From: Nemertoderma westbladi
Lineage: Eukaryota; Animalia; Xenacoelomorpha
Direction of reading: 5' to 3'
Assembly (NCBI GenBank): GCA_032718475.1
Contig: JAUCBJ010001327.1
Coordinates: 1 to 64,000 of the forward strand
Length of the DNA stretch: 64,000 nt
Shown here: piece by piece, positions 62,801 through 64,000 of the stretch
Layout of the letters: each line of letters begins with the position of its first letter
Numbering within the stretch: position 1 is the stretch's first letter
Notes under the pieces: model-generated
The model's database searches: none
Seen by the model: the letters and a program-made list of their open reading frames with translations, nothing else
Told to the model about the DNA's origin: nothing
Made by a program: the position numbers and the translations under genes

Positions 62801-64000
62801 ATTATTTTAGAATAATTGAATTTCTGAATTTTAAGGGTTACTTGGTTACTTTAACTTACTTTATTACCGTGATTTAAGCAGTAGTCCAACTGATATTGAG
62901 ACCTAATTGTGGTATGGCAGGCCTACTATTTATAAATCGTTTGAGTTGATTTATAATATATATATACCCGTTTAAGGGGTTTTGTCAATGTTGAAATAAA
63001 TGTTATTATTTCTGGGGGAGTCACTACACATAAGCTGTGCGCTCTCAGTGGAGTGCTACTTGTTAGACACTAAAACAAATAATTCTAATTTACCTAAGTT
63101 ACTTAATACTACAAATTACGTACAATTCGGGTTGAGATTACAATCTCTAAATAAACACAAAATTTTAATTACAAATACACGAATACAAATTTTTAGGGTA
63201 ATTTTACAAGAAGTCTACTAACCAGCCTAACAAAGGGTTAGAATATCTGGTTATTACAACGGACAGGTTATTACGGTATTTGAAAATAATAAGTAGTAGT
63301 AAATACACTGCGCTGTCCAGATAGGAAAATACCACCGCCTGACGACCTATAGCCGTATCGCTATAGGTACTACGTTATGTATCACGGAGTGTTCCTACCT
63401 AGAAGTTAATAGAGCTAACGTACGTGCCTATCAACCACTTTACAACACAAATATAATGCCTACACTAATTACTTTCGGAAAGTACTGTACACTAAACCCT
63501 AAATTAGGTACAAGTACTTGTATAACAAATAATCAGTAGTTAAAAATACTTGAACAGCTAAAAGAACCACGGTATCTGCTGGAGTGACCGGTGCACAAAA
63601 TCACCAGTCTTTACCTACGCCGAGCAGCCCGTATAGTACCGGGGTTAGTTTAACTATAACGGTATGTATAACAAACACAATTACTGTAGGAATAAACTTG
63701 GGGATTGAATGTTGCGAATAATCGCATAAACTCTGAATAATAAATATTACGCTACGCGTACAGACTATTCAAACAAAATGCAGACCAAATACTGACAGAC
63801 TACTATCAAGCCTAAACAAACTATGGTATATGTAGACTCCGAAATGGTTAAGTAGTATGCGTTCTAACCCAGTAGTACGACTTATTCTTTAGATGGGGGT
63901 TTACCTTACAGCGATGGCTGCCCCTACTTCCTAACCGTTCTTTATCGGACAGATGCTTTACACACACCGAAATTTCCTCAAACCCAACAGCAGCCAGACA

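Larger units (their letters stand above)
53007..64000 (-). mobile_element. BEL/Pao element C, sister family of B, non-autonomous deletion derivative; 5' end lies beyond the window
   Basis: Leader, gag, PR, spacer, ORF3 and 3' LTR are colinear with B. The RT/RNase H core, integrase core and middle of ORF3 are deleted. Confidence 0.93.

Overview
AT-rich, repeat-dense eukaryotic (invertebrate metazoan-like) DNA. The only host-gene signal is the first coding exon of an aminergic GPCR (minus strand, 3002-3236). Positions 1-24 kb hold a 5'-truncated RTE LINE with a TSD, an inverted pair of Penelope-type minimal hammerhead ribozyme motifs, a CR1/L2-like LINE remnant, a ~9 kb 32-bp satellite, a foldback/TIR element and a 43-bp minisatellite. 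Positions 24-64 kb hold three related BEL/Pao LTR retrotransposons (A minus, B plus, C minus) with nested or adjacent DNA transposons (two CCCAG-ended CMC/EnSpm-like insertions, one IS3EU-like element). Element B is bounded by two LTRs and a GGTAG TSD (32376-50910). Main observation: all three BEL/Pao elements carry the same extra sense-strand ORF between pol and the 3' end. In B it reconstructs to ~1400 codons (45494-49713). It has a conserved N-terminal domain of unknown type, a WRN/EXD2-like DEDDy 3'-5' exonuclease domain, tandem CCHC knuckles and a basic tail, and it does not look like env. All assignments are by eye; no searches were run.
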